Of a stretch of DNA of 32,000 nt, positions 15,666 through 25,224 are shown one piece after another. The notes under the pieces were generated by a model. It made no database searches. It saw only the letters and a program-made list of their open reading frames with translations, and was not told where the DNA came from. Made by a program: the position numbers and the translations under genes. Numbering within the stretch: position 1 is the first letter of the stretch; each line of letters starts with the position of its first letter. The stretch is from Saccharolobus solfataricus (lineage in GTDB: Archaea; Thermoproteota; Thermoprotei_A; Sulfolobales; Sulfolobaceae). The stretch spans positions 2,490,001-2,522,000 of the forward strand of contig NZ_LT549890.1 of NCBI RefSeq assembly GCF_900079115.1, written 5' to 3'.

Positions 15666-18020
15666 ATGCCTAACATCGAGAAATACGAAATTTTTCTGGA
15701 TTTTAATGGGAATGAATATGAGGGTGTAGAGAAAATATACCTTAACTCAGAAGAAGAAAAATTAGAGCTTGATAGTGTGAATCTCGAAATAAGAAGTGTG
15801 AAATCTGATGGTAAGGATACAAAATTTGAATTGAAAGGTGAGAAATTAGTAATCTACGGAAAGATTGAAAGAGAACTTGAGATAAAGTTTAAAGGAAAAG
15901 CCTCTCGGGATTCAATTTTAGGGATTTACGTTGCTCCTTATGATGGTAAAGGAATGATTACAACGCAATTTGAGGCAGTATACGCTAGGAGATTTATCCC
16001 ATGTTTTGATCATCCTGCAATGAAAGCTAGATTTAAACTAAGCGTTAGGGTACAAAAGGGACTAAAGGTAATATCTAATATGCCAGTTGAGAGAATAGAA
16101 GAGGATGTGGACGGTAAGGTAATTTATCGTTTTCAAGAAACTCCTAAAATGTCTACGTATCTATTATACTTGGGAATAGATGAATTTGAGGAGATTTCTG
16201 ATAACTCTAAACAACCTACAGTAATATTAGCCACAGTACCCGGAAAATCAAAAAGAGGACTATTCGCAATTAACGTCGCCAGAAAGGTCATTGAGTTTTA
16301 TGAAAAATACTTTGAAATACCTTATCAGTTACCAAAAGTTCATTTAATACAAGTTCCCGAGTTTGCTGCTGGCGCTATGGAGAATTGGGGTGCTATTACC
16401 TTTAGGGAGACTGCTTTGCTGGCTGATGATTCTTCTTCAATTTCTCAAAAGTTTAGAGTTGCTGAGGTTGTTGCTCATGAGTTGGCTCATCAGTGGTTTG
16501 GTAATTTGGTTACTTTGAAGTGGTGGGATGATTTGTGGTTAAACGAGAGCTTCGCAACATTCATGAGCTATAAGAGTATAAAGCATTTATTTCCCCAATG
16601 GGATAGTGAAGGTCATCTTATTTATGACGAATCTATAGGTGCTTTAGAGGATGACTCTCTTTCTACTACACATCCAATAGAGGCACATGTAAAAGATCCC
16701 CATGAAATTGAACAAATGTTTGATAATATTAGTTATGGTAAGGGGGCTAGTATTTTAAAGATGATTGAGGCTTATGTTGGTGAGGAGAATTTCAGAAGGG
16801 GGGTTGTCAATTACTTAAATTCTTTCAAATTCGGAAATGCAGAGGGTAAGGATTTGTGGAATTCTATTTCTAACGCAGCTGGGCAGAGTATTGGAGAAAT
16901 TATGGCTGATTGGATTACAAAGCCTGGTTACCCTGTAATTTTTGTCAACGCATACGGTAATTCTATCAGGTTTTCTCAAAAAAGATTTACACTTCTTGAT
17001 AGCGGTTTAAATGAGGTTTACAAGGTTCCAATTACATATGAGATTAATGATAAATTTGGCACTCTTCTTCTGGACAAGGAATCAGCTGAAATAAGGTTAG
17101 ATGAAGGTTTGAAGAGTATTAAGGTTAATATAAATAGGACTGGATTTTATAGGGTCCTTTATGATTCTCTTAATCTAGCTTTCTCATCAAAGCTTAATGC
17201 TTATGAAGAGTTGGGATTGGTTAACGACTATTGGAATTTCCTATTGGCTGATCTAATAGATGCGAAGACGTACTTTGGCGTAATTGGTAGGTTTGTATAT
17301 ACTTCTAACTCTTTTGTATCAAGAGAGATAACCTCTCAACTCTTAACATTATATTATCTATTTAAGAAAAATTACGGGAAAGATTTCCTAGTTAATCAAG
17401 TTAAGATATTTAGAAAGGCTAATGACGACCTAGGCAAATTAGCGTATTCAACTGTTATCAGTGCCTTAGCTAGAATGGATGAAGAGTTTGCATTAGGATT
17501 ATCAACTTTATTTGATCAATATGAAAATATAGACAGTAATATTAAAGAAGCTGTTGCAATAGCTTACGCAGTAACTAATAACGACTTCAATACTCTTCTA
17601 GAAAAGTACAAGAGGTATACAATAGATGAGGAGAAGAATAGAATATTAAGTGCAATTTCATCACTTCGTGATCCATCAATTGTAGTCAAGGTTTTCTCAC
17701 TAATATTTGAAAGGAATATAAAGGCTCAAGATACTAGATTCGTTATATCTTCACTGCTACACAATCCTCATATAAGGGAGGAAGTATGTAGTTATCTTAT
17801 GAACAATTTTGAGGAAGTTAAGAAATTCGTAAATACAGTTTATGGAGGTCCTTGGGGTTTAGGCTCTATAGTTAGGAGTATGTCATTCTGCGGTGTAGAT
17901 AAGCCTAAAGACATTATTGACTTTCTTGAAAAGGTGAAGTTCAAGGAGATCGAAAGACCTATTAAAGAGTCTGAAGAGAGGATAAAAGTATATTCTCGAT
18001 TAAAACAAAACCTACCATAA
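15666..18020 (+). CDS. M1-family zinc aminopeptidase (aminopeptidase N / tricorn-interacting factor F3-like)
   Basis: The exopeptidase motif GAMENWG and the zinc motif HELAHQWFGN...WLNESFA (HExxH-x18-E) are present. 784 aa is a typical length for archaeal M1 enzymes. Confidence 0.9.
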   Translation: MPNIEKYEIFLDFNGNEYEGVEKIYLNSEEEKLELDSVNLEIRSVKSDGKDTKFELKGEKLVIYGKIERELEIKFKGKASRDSILGIYVAPYDGKGMITTQFEAVYARRFIPCFDHPAMKARFKLSVRVQKGLKVISNMPVERIEEDVDGKVIYRFQETPKMSTYLLYLGIDEFEEISDNSKQPTVILATVPGKSKRGLFAINVARKVIEFYEKYFEIPYQLPKVHLIQVPEFAAGAMENWGAITFRETALLADDSSSISQKFRVAEVVAHELAHQWFGNLVTLKWWDDLWLNESFATFMSYKSIKHLFPQWDSEGHLIYDESIGALEDDSLSTTHPIEAHVKDPHEIEQMFDNISYGKGASILKMIEAYVGEENFRRGVVNYLNSFKFGNAEGKDLWNSISNAAGQSIGEIMADWITKPGYPVIFVNAYGNSIRFSQKRFTLLDSGLNEVYKVPITYEINDKFGTLLLDKESAEIRLDEGLKSIKVNINRTGFYRVLYDSLNLAFSSKLNAYEELGLVNDYWNFLLADLIDAKTYFGVIGRFVYTSNSFVSREITSQLLTLYYLFKKNYGKDFLVNQVKIFRKANDDLGKLAYSTVISALARMDEEFALGLSTLFDQYENIDSNIKEAVAIAYAVTNNDFNTLLEKYKRYTIDEEKNRILSAISSLRDPSIVVKVFSLIFERNIKAQDTRFVISSLLHNPHIREEVCSYLMNNFEEVKKFVNTVYGGPWGLGSIVRSMSFCGVDKPKDIIDFLEKVKFKEIERPIKESEERIKVYSRLKQNLP

Positions 18021-18024
18021 GAAA

Positions 18025-18417
18025 TTAGGACTTTTGTATTATTTCGTCCAATTTTTTCATAAGTTCTGATTCAACATGCTCATTCCATAGCATTTCCGGC
18101 ACATCAACTACTAAGAACAATTCTGATAGAAACAGTGTCTCTAATGCTGTTATTGCTAAATTCTTTTTCCAACTACCTATACCAGCAGTCACCTTAAGGC
18201 CTTGTGTTGTATTCTCAAAAGTAAATGTTAGGGCTCTATCTGCAGCAATTATGTCCCTTAGTATTCCACCTTTTTGGGCCTGAACTATTGCCTTATTTCC
18301 CTCAACTTTCTGTTGTACTTTCCATTTCTGAATATTTAGGTAAGACACAAACTCATTTACTACCTTGTTTAAATCTACTTGTTTAGGATATGTCTTTTCT
18401 TTTTTAAAAGGGTTCAT
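18025..18417 (-). CDS. Hypothetical protein (130 aa after start trimming)
   Basis: I trimmed the track ORF 18025..18519 to ATG 18417 (MNPFKKEK...). The upstream codons run through the divergent promoter and over the start of the 18500 gene. A TATA-like element lies ~25 nt upstream. No family was recognised. Confidence 0.4.
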   Translation of the reverse strand: MNPFKKEKTYPKQVDLNKVVNEFVSYLNIQKWKVQQKVEGNKAIVQAQKGGILRDIIAADRALTFTFENTTQGLKVTAGIGSWKKNLAITALETLFLSELFLVVDVPEMLWNEHVESELMKKLDEIIQKS

Positions 18418-18499
18418 ACTATAAATGTAGTTACGTTGTATAAAAGGTTTTTGACAAGTCACATATAATTTTTTATTTTCAATATAAAGTAAGTGGAAT

Positions 18500-19264
18500 A
18501 TGCAAGATGAGTTAGTCATCTTATCCTCAATAGCATCAATAATGGTTGCAATAATAGTATTAATACTTTTCTACATAGAGAAGATAAGAACTTATGTAGG
18601 AGTTTTCTTCGTTTATTTTTCCCTCACAATGATGATAGCTATGTTCGTTGGGGCATCAATTTATTTACTCTATCCATCAAGAGTATCTTTGGCAATAGCC
18701 TTTGGAATAAACACTTTTATTATGATACCTCTAATCGCGTACTTTTTGCTGAAAATAGCGAAGTTAGCAAATACACCGTTTAGAGGAGAAAGGACTCATG
18801 TTGTTATTTTCTCGATTCTACTAGTACTAAATGAAATATTAATGGGAACGACTTTTGGTATTGCTCAATTTGGTTTTTCTAGATTTTCAAACCTATACTA
18901 TAGTCTTTATTTTTCCATAAATAGCTATTGGTTTTTTTATCCCATGATGGCTGAGATGCTAGCACTCTATTTACTACATTATTTAAAGGGTTCAATAAAT
19001 AGAGAACTTTTTCCTTTGATTGGGTTAGCGACTTTTCCGCCCACAGCGTTTGATTATCAAGAGTGGTTTTATTCAGCTCTAATATTTTCATTAGCATTTT
19101 CAATTCTAGGAAGTATTCTCTCAAAGCGTCTTTGGCGATATGTCTATCTAATGTTAATCTTATCTGAGCTAATTCTCCTTATAAATGCTATTCCATATGA
19201 TATCGCAATAGCTATATCTATGATTCTATACTACTATCAAAGCCTTTTACCATTAAGGAGGTAA
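18500..19264 (+). CDS. Polytopic membrane protein of unknown function (7-8 TM)
   Basis: 254-aa ORF that is hydrophobic throughout. Its 3' end overlaps the 3' end of the convergent 512-aa gene by 12 nt. Confidence 0.55.
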   Translation: MQDELVILSSIASIMVAIIVLILFYIEKIRTYVGVFFVYFSLTMMIAMFVGASIYLLYPSRVSLAIAFGINTFIMIPLIAYFLLKIAKLANTPFRGERTHVVIFSILLVLNEILMGTTFGIAQFGFSRFSNLYYSLYFSINSYWFFYPMMAEMLALYLLHYLKGSINRELFPLIGLATFPPTAFDYQEWFYSALIFSLAFSILGSILSKRLWRYVYLMLILSELILLINAIPYDIAIAISMILYYYQSLLPLRR

Positions 19265-20791
19265 GTTTTCTCCTACTATTTTTCCATTAACTATAATAAT
19301 AAAGTACGGTATGACTATTGGTTGTGCGTATCCATTAATGTTTAATATACTTTCATTTATTGGAATACTTATGTTCAGTTTGTAAGTGTAAAAAGTGTAA
19401 TTAGGTAAATCTTGTGTTCCATTTAGCATAACTGTAAGAGATACGTTAGTTAAGGAGAAGTTCAGTAAGAATGGAGGAGAATAAGATGTTATATTATATG
19501 TTATATTCATTATGATAGGGAGATTCATTAGCTGTTGAGAGTTGTTATAGAGTATTTGGAATGAGGAAATATCCTTATTTAGTGAATTGCCCATTATATA
19601 CACCGTAATGTTAATTGGTAAATAACCTAAGTAAATCGAAGAACCTCCAACTCTTATCGGATTAATATTATTACTATTTAAATAATTGAATGTAAAATTA
19701 TAATACTCATAATACGAATAACTATATCCACTATAAGTAATATAGACCGGACTATTGTTATCCAATGGTTTAATCCACAATTGACTGTAGCTTCCCACAG
19801 TATAGAAACCTGAGTTTGAATTTGTAAGATTATATGTGTATACTATCATGCAAAGTGGTACGTAGCCAGAAAGACTAGTTACGTGGAAAGTGATTATGTA
19901 ATCCTGAGCAAAGTTAATTGATCCGTATTTGTAGTAAATATACGAGGTATTGTAGGATATGTTAAAACTACCAACTGTTTTATTATAATGGTTGCCAATC
20001 GCGTAAACTTTTCCACTCCAGTAACCATAACCAGGATATATAATATATGAATTGTTATCCTTTAAATCCAGAGCTTTTATGAAAGTAACATTTTCGAAAT
20101 AGGCTATACGAACTTGGTAATAATTAGCTTGGACTTTGCTAGGGCTATTAACCATTGGCTGAAGTGTGTAATTATATAGTGGTGGCGTGGAGTTGAATAT
20201 CAGTTCAACACTTGTTATGTTTTGAGGTCCTATTAAATGATTATTTGTTGTCCTTATTGACAGAATGTTCTCATTCCCTAGACTAATAACAGTATAATTT
20301 TGGCTTGACTTATTTGGTAATAACGTTCTATCTGAAGGTGGAAGTAAAGCCAACGAGAACGCATTTCCAGTGTTGGTTACGAAACTTAATTGTCCGCTAG
20401 TTATATTCGGTCTTATAATTATTACATTCCCCGGACTCAAAATTACTCCATTCCTATTCAATGAACCATTGGTAAAGATTAGCAAATCTTTAACTGGAAA
20501 TGTGTAAATTTCGCCGTTAAAAGTTGTTTCAACTACGCTTTGAATGTTATATACACCCTCGGTGTCTAGTATATATACATGAGGTATGAAGGAAATTGTT
20601 TTATTTTTTAATTCCTCTACGATCCAATAATAACCTACTTTAGCTTTACTTAATATTTCGCCATTTATATTACTCTGAATGTTGTAGAGTTGTGTAAAAT
20701 TCTCATGATTTAAGATTATTATTCCAATTAAAATAGAAAATAGCAAAACGATCACTAGAGTTATTGCAAGTAATCCTAAACTATCTTGCAT
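19253..20791 (-). CDS. Large extracytoplasmic protein with an N-terminal hydrophobic anchor and very high N-glycosylation sequon density, immediately downstream of the pilus-type membrane protein gene
   Basis: The N-terminus is MQDSLGLLAITLVIVLLFSILIGIIIL, followed by ~480 aa rich in N/Y/S/T/I. My manual count gives more than 20 N-x-S/T sequons. Only 34 nt separate it from the upstream gene on the same strand. Confidence 0.65.
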   Translation of the reverse strand: MQDSLGLLAITLVIVLLFSILIGIIILNHENFTQLYNIQSNINGEILSKAKVGYYWIVEELKNKTISFIPHVYILDTEGVYNIQSVVETTFNGEIYTFPVKDLLIFTNGSLNRNGVILSPGNVIIIRPNITSGQLSFVTNTGNAFSLALLPPSDRTLLPNKSSQNYTVISLGNENILSIRTTNNHLIGPQNITSVELIFNSTPPLYNYTLQPMVNSPSKVQANYYQVRIAYFENVTFIKALDLKDNNSYIIYPGYGYWSGKVYAIGNHYNKTVGSFNISYNTSYIYYKYGSINFAQDYIITFHVTSLSGYVPLCMIVYTYNLTNSNSGFYTVGSYSQLWIKPLDNNSPVYITYSGYSYSYYEYYNFTFNYLNSNNINPIRVGGSSIYLGYLPINITVYIMGNSLNKDISSFQILYNNSQQLMNLPIIMNITYNITSYSPPFLLNFSLTNVSLTVMLNGTQDLPNYTFYTYKLNISIPINESILNINGYAQPIVIPYFIIIVNGKIVGENLPP

Positions 20792-20825
20792 TAGTAAAAA
20801 ATAGGAAAAGAGAAAATATAAACGT

Positions 20826-22814
20826 TTATATCGAGAAGAATTTCAAGATTATCGGTTCTATTACGCTGAAGAAGTGTATTGAGAGCACTGCTAGGGTTAA
20901 TCCAATTGCTGGCATTATCATGTATTGTACAGTGCCATATAGTGCTTTAGTTACCAGTAATCCTATGGCAAAAGTTGACATTAAAATGAATATGAACATT
21001 TCAGCAAGTATCACCGGAGATAAAATAAATTGACTAATGATGTTTGGGAATTGTGGTAAACCTACGGTATTTGTCGGTAAAGTTACTATTGTGAATGAGT
21101 CAATAATCACAATAGCTATAAGTATTGTAGCTATTAGAAGGAGTGGTGTTAGAATTCCTAAAACTTGATAAGCTCTCATTCTTGAGAATGCCTCCTTCTT
21201 TGATTGTATAAAATTAAGTGTAAATTCAGTTAAATACTCCAGTAGATCTGGTCTTACAGCACCGCTTTCTATTAGTATCTGGACAGTGGTAAGAGAGAAC
21301 TTACCCAACCAGCTTCTAGTATTTATCTTAGCTCTAGTTATTGGAATCCCCATGGAATCTTGTTTTGTTATTTCATTTAGTACCCTATTAAACTCCCTTC
21401 TATATCTCTTTTCCTCGGCCAATGTCTTAATAGCCCTACTTAGATCGTAACCTATCTTTCTGAACTCTGTAATATCTCTTAGAAATTGCGGTAACGAGTT
21501 TTCAACATCGTTAATTTCTCTTATTTGGTTATACATGAATATTGTTGATGCTAGAGAGAACGATAAGAGCCCTAAACCAATTGCGTAATATATTTCATCA
21601 AGAAATATTTCGATTACCCCTGCTGTTAATAATGCAGCGATAAATCCTATTAGTAACTGTAACTTGGTGAGACCTATACTATCCATATATCTAGGTCTAT
21701 TATTAGCTGTAATTGTATATAATATTGTACCAAATAATATAGGTATTATGAGCAAAAATGATATAACTGCACCACTTGTGAAGAAGGCTAATGCAATTAA
21801 GAACATGGGGAAAATAAGGAATAAGATCACTATTAACTCTCCTAGGAACGAAGTCCTTTCAGAGTAAAACCTCCAACGGAATTGGAGCCAATTGAGAAAC
21901 TCTCTAGCCTTTTGGAACAAATATGCTTCAATATCGCCACCACTTCTTATGATCGAAGAATAGCCAGCTAAAAACCAAGAGTAATCTCTATTTAGTGTTA
22001 ATCGAGATCTATGCTCCAGAGCATCTAGCGGGGATTTTCCAAAGAATTCTATATCCCTTATAATGAGTAATGCCTCCTTTTTCATAGCTTTAAATATTGG
22101 AAATTGTAAAATTTTTCTCATTCCCTCATATATGGTTGTACCACTTGCATTAATGATAGTGATTAGAGTCACAAAGAAAGGTATCTCATCTTGAATATCG
22201 TCTCTTATTTCTCTAGCCCTACTCTTGTATTTCTGTTCTGGATAAAAGATAAAAGTTAACGGAAAAAATATTAATAGAAATGGTAGAGGAGAGAGTAATG
22301 CTATACTAAGTGCTAATGATACCGGTATTACGACAAGTAATGAGACTAAAAAATATGCAACGTATCTAACGCCAACCTCAGTAGGACTTTCCAAATCAGC
22401 ACTCGCGTTAATATATCTCTTACTACGCTCACTTATCCAATTTGCTATGATACCTAATCTACTACTTGTAATTATCCTAGACCTTAGAATGGTTGATAAT
22501 GGAACGCCCTCTTCATATTCACTCCTTATTCGCGTCAAATTTATTGTAAAGCTTATACTTAAAATAACTATTCCTCCAATAAATAGGCCTAGAAGTAATG
22601 CTTGAAGAACGAATATAAAACCCAACGCATCCCCAAGTGCTACCGAAGGGTTACTCACGATATATTGGAAAAAACTAGAAAGCACATATAGGAGACGTTC
22701 TCTAAATATTGTAATAATTAAGTTTAGTAAGCCTGATAGTAAAACTAGAAATAAGAAATCGTATGAGATTATACTAGCTAATTTAACTCTTCTCTCAGTC
22801 ACTCTTATCACCAT
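20826..22814 (-). CDS. basF: Type IV pilus/archaellum-type polytopic membrane platform protein (FlaJ/TadC/GspF family), BasF-like
   Basis: 662 aa, with multiple TM clusters separated by two soluble helical domains (the ...DIQDEIPFFVTLITIINASG... and ...ENSLPQFLRDITEFRKIGYDL... regions), as in T2SSF-domain proteins. It overlaps the ATPase gene by 20 nt. The symbol is assigned from operon architecture and neighbourhood, not from an alignment. Confidence 0.7.
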   Translation of the reverse strand: MVIRVTERRVKLASIISYDFLFLVLLSGLLNLIITIFRERLLYVLSSFFQYIVSNPSVALGDALGFIFVLQALLLGLFIGGIVILSISFTINLTRIRSEYEEGVPLSTILRSRIITSSRLGIIANWISERSKRYINASADLESPTEVGVRYVAYFLVSLLVVIPVSLALSIALLSPLPFLLIFFPLTFIFYPEQKYKSRAREIRDDIQDEIPFFVTLITIINASGTTIYEGMRKILQFPIFKAMKKEALLIIRDIEFFGKSPLDALEHRSRLTLNRDYSWFLAGYSSIIRSGGDIEAYLFQKAREFLNWLQFRWRFYSERTSFLGELIVILFLIFPMFLIALAFFTSGAVISFLLIIPILFGTILYTITANNRPRYMDSIGLTKLQLLIGFIAALLTAGVIEIFLDEIYYAIGLGLLSFSLASTIFMYNQIREINDVENSLPQFLRDITEFRKIGYDLSRAIKTLAEEKRYRREFNRVLNEITKQDSMGIPITRAKINTRSWLGKFSLTTVQILIESGAVRPDLLEYLTEFTLNFIQSKKEAFSRMRAYQVLGILTPLLLIATILIAIVIIDSFTIVTLPTNTVGLPQFPNIISQFILSPVILAEMFIFILMSTFAIGLLVTKALYGTVQYMIMPAIGLTLAVLSIHFFSVIEPIILKFFSI

Positions 22815-24342
22815 TTGTATAATACTTGACTAACTCTCTTGCTAATGTGTCATAGTCATAAACTCCCTTTTCGGCAAGCCCTCTTATTAGTAGTAATCTG
22901 TTTTCAATCTCCCTATACAACTTATCCCTACTCCAGCCTAATAGTTCTCTAGATCTTTCTAGCTGTATACTAGTAATTTCTTTTAAATTATCTGGAACAA
23001 AGTTCTTTCTTTCATAGTCATATCTAAATACTTCCCTAAATCCATTTCCATCATTTTCGACGATAGATATCATTTTCCTATTCATCTTTCTATCCTCAGT
23101 TTCAATTCTTTTTATGATTGCGATTACTGAAATTAGTTGTTTGAATTGTAATGAGAGCTCTGGACCTAATAATCCGCTAATTCTTGTTATTAGGTCAGTA
23201 TGATTAGATCCGTGAAAGGTTGTAAGTCCACCATGACCACTGGCGACAGCTTGAACTAACCATTCTATTTCCTTACCTCTAACTTCCCCCACTATAATGT
23301 AATCTGGTCTGTATCTTAAGGAAAGTCTGACTAGCTCATAATAACTGATATCCTTACTTCCTTCATAGTTTGATGGCCTAGTATAGAATTGTATCCAATA
23401 TTTATGTGGCAATTTTAGTTCTGGTGTATCCTCAATAGTTAAATATTTCGCTAACGGATTAAGTAGCATCAATAATGCGTTCAATGCCGTAGTCTTTCCA
23501 CTACCAGTAGGGCCTACGAGAAATGTAAATAACTTAGCTTCTGCAATTATCCACAAGTAAACTGCCATTAAATCGCTTAATGTCCCATACTTATATATCA
23601 AATCAATTATCGTTAGAGGTTTTTCAGGGAATTTTCTTATATTAAATGTCGTTCCCCTACTTATTTCTTCACCGTAACTCACAGCGACCCTATGTCCCTC
23701 CGGTAACATGAAATCTTGTAGTGGTGTAGCTGTACTTACACTTCTCCCACCTAGCGATGCCAGCCTCTCTACTAATCTCCTTACCTTTAATTCGCTCCCT
23801 AAAACGATGTTAGTCTCCAATCTAGGCCATTCACTATGTCTACTATGTACTACTGAAATTGGTGTAGTCGGAGATACTAGTTCTATCTCTTCGACGAAAG
23901 GATCACTCATTGGTGCTTGTAATATCGAATATTTTATTTCTCTAGTGATATAGTACATATACTTCTTTAAGTTTCTCTTCACGTCGCCTATTACTCCTAA
24001 TTTGGCTGAAATTTTTAATACATCTTCTTGTAGCTTTTCTAAGTCAATTTGTTTGTTCGATACGGCGGTTGATGCGGAGTATATCAAGCCATCGAGTATT
24101 GCTAATAAGATTTTGTTTTCTCTCTGATCAAGTTGTGGTTCATTTACTAAGTAGAAGCCAATTCCATCCTTTTCGGCAATGTAAATTTCAACGTCAAAGC
24201 TATTTAGTGTATAATGCTCTACGATATTTCGGTTATCTAGGCTAGCTTTAAGGGATATTATTCCAGATTCATCAAGTGATTGAAGATAATAGGATAATTC
24301 TTCAAATTTATTGTGTGATTTCTTTTTACCAATAAGTACCAT
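22795..24342 (-). CDS. basE: Type II/IV secretion-family assembly ATPase (FlaI/VirB11/PilB-like), BasE-like
   Basis: Walker A GPTGSGKTT, the Asp box/Walker B region RPDYIIVGEVRGKE and His box LTTFHG are present. 515 aa is similar in size to archaeal FlaI-type ATPases. The symbol is assigned from operon architecture. Confidence 0.85.
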   Translation of the reverse strand: MVLIGKKKSHNKFEELSYYLQSLDESGIISLKASLDNRNIVEHYTLNSFDVEIYIAEKDGIGFYLVNEPQLDQRENKILLAILDGLIYSASTAVSNKQIDLEKLQEDVLKISAKLGVIGDVKRNLKKYMYYITREIKYSILQAPMSDPFVEEIELVSPTTPISVVHSRHSEWPRLETNIVLGSELKVRRLVERLASLGGRSVSTATPLQDFMLPEGHRVAVSYGEEISRGTTFNIRKFPEKPLTIIDLIYKYGTLSDLMAVYLWIIAEAKLFTFLVGPTGSGKTTALNALLMLLNPLAKYLTIEDTPELKLPHKYWIQFYTRPSNYEGSKDISYYELVRLSLRYRPDYIIVGEVRGKEIEWLVQAVASGHGGLTTFHGSNHTDLITRISGLLGPELSLQFKQLISVIAIIKRIETEDRKMNRKMISIVENDGNGFREVFRYDYERKNFVPDNLKEITSIQLERSRELLGWSRDKLYREIENRLLLIRGLAEKGVYDYDTLARELVKYYTNGDKSD

Positions 24343-24384
24343 ATACCTATTTAAAAAAATAAAAATAAAATACTTTATTGTTAC

Positions 24385-24804
24385 TTATTGGTCGATAACT
24401 TCCACTGATGTAGCATAGGTTTGCCCATTATCGTACTTAACAAGCACAGTAATAACATAATTATTGCCTTCTATTGCTTTAGGTACAGCTAGTGTAAAGG
24501 CATAAGAGTGACCGGGTGGTATATTTAAACTGGAATTGGTAAAGTTTGATATAACCGTAGCGTTATTTTGAGGACGCACTTGAATTGTTATGCTGGTTAT
24601 ATTACTAGCTCCTTGATTAATCAAATCCCCAGTTAAAATTCCTCCGACCATCTGGACATTACTTATACTTAATCCAGTAGTGATCATACTATGCCTAAGC
24701 ACGCCGAAGAAGTAATAACTGATTAGGCTAACTGCTGCAATTGCTACTAATATTAGTAATACGGTAACTAAAGCATTCTCTAAACCCTTTCTATATTTTT
24801 GCAT
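24385..24804 (-). CDS. basC: Pilin-like protein with class III (prepilin-type) signal peptide
   Basis: The N-terminus MQKYRKG/LENALVTVLLILVAIAAVSLI has a basic residue, then Gly, then a ~20-residue hydrophobic helix, which is the PibD-type cleavage pattern. The C-terminal domain is beta-rich with several sequons. It is third of three such genes upstream of the ATPase. The symbol is tentative. Confidence 0.6.
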   Translation of the reverse strand: MQKYRKGLENALVTVLLILVAIAAVSLISYYFFGVLRHSMITTGLSISNVQMVGGILTGDLINQGASNITSITIQVRPQNNATVISNFTNSSLNIPPGHSYAFTLAVPKAIEGNNYVITVLVKYDNGQTYATSVEVIDQ

Positions 24805-24831
24805 ACAGATATTTCTCTTATTTCTCCTTTT

Positions 24832-25221
24832 TTACTTTTTCCCAGAAGATGGCGCAATATAGAAACTATTTCCATACGATGTTACAATAACGTATCCGTT
24901 AGCAGTCTTAACGTGTATTATAACGTTGGAATTGGGTGGTATTACAATGTTTTCCGGTACAATTGTCACATTGGTCTTATTTATTAATAATATAGCAACA
25001 ATTGTAGTCACTACTGATCCAGCGTTATATATTGACAAGGAACTATTTACATATCCTATTAGTAAATTCTCTTTAGCCTTATTTGCAAGTATTTGGGAAA
25101 CTTGTATATATTCCTTCTGTAAGTTTTCATACGAGACGCTGATATATAGTATTAAGCCTATTGTTGCAATTATCAAGAAGAAGATTACTACCATTGCAAT
25201 TACTGAAGCTTGTCCCTTCAT
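24832..25221 (-). CDS. basB: Pilin-like protein with class III signal peptide
   Basis: The N-terminus is MKG/QASVIAMVVIFFLIIATIGLILY. The protein is 129 aa. The gene starts 3 nt after the upstream pilin-like gene ends. The symbol is tentative. Confidence 0.6.
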   Translation of the reverse strand: MKGQASVIAMVVIFFLIIATIGLILYISVSYENLQKEYIQVSQILANKAKENLLIGYVNSSLSIYNAGSVVTTIVAILLINKTNVTIVPENIVIPPNSNVIIHVKTANGYVIVTSYGNSFYIAPSSGKK

Positions 25222-25224
25222 TTT

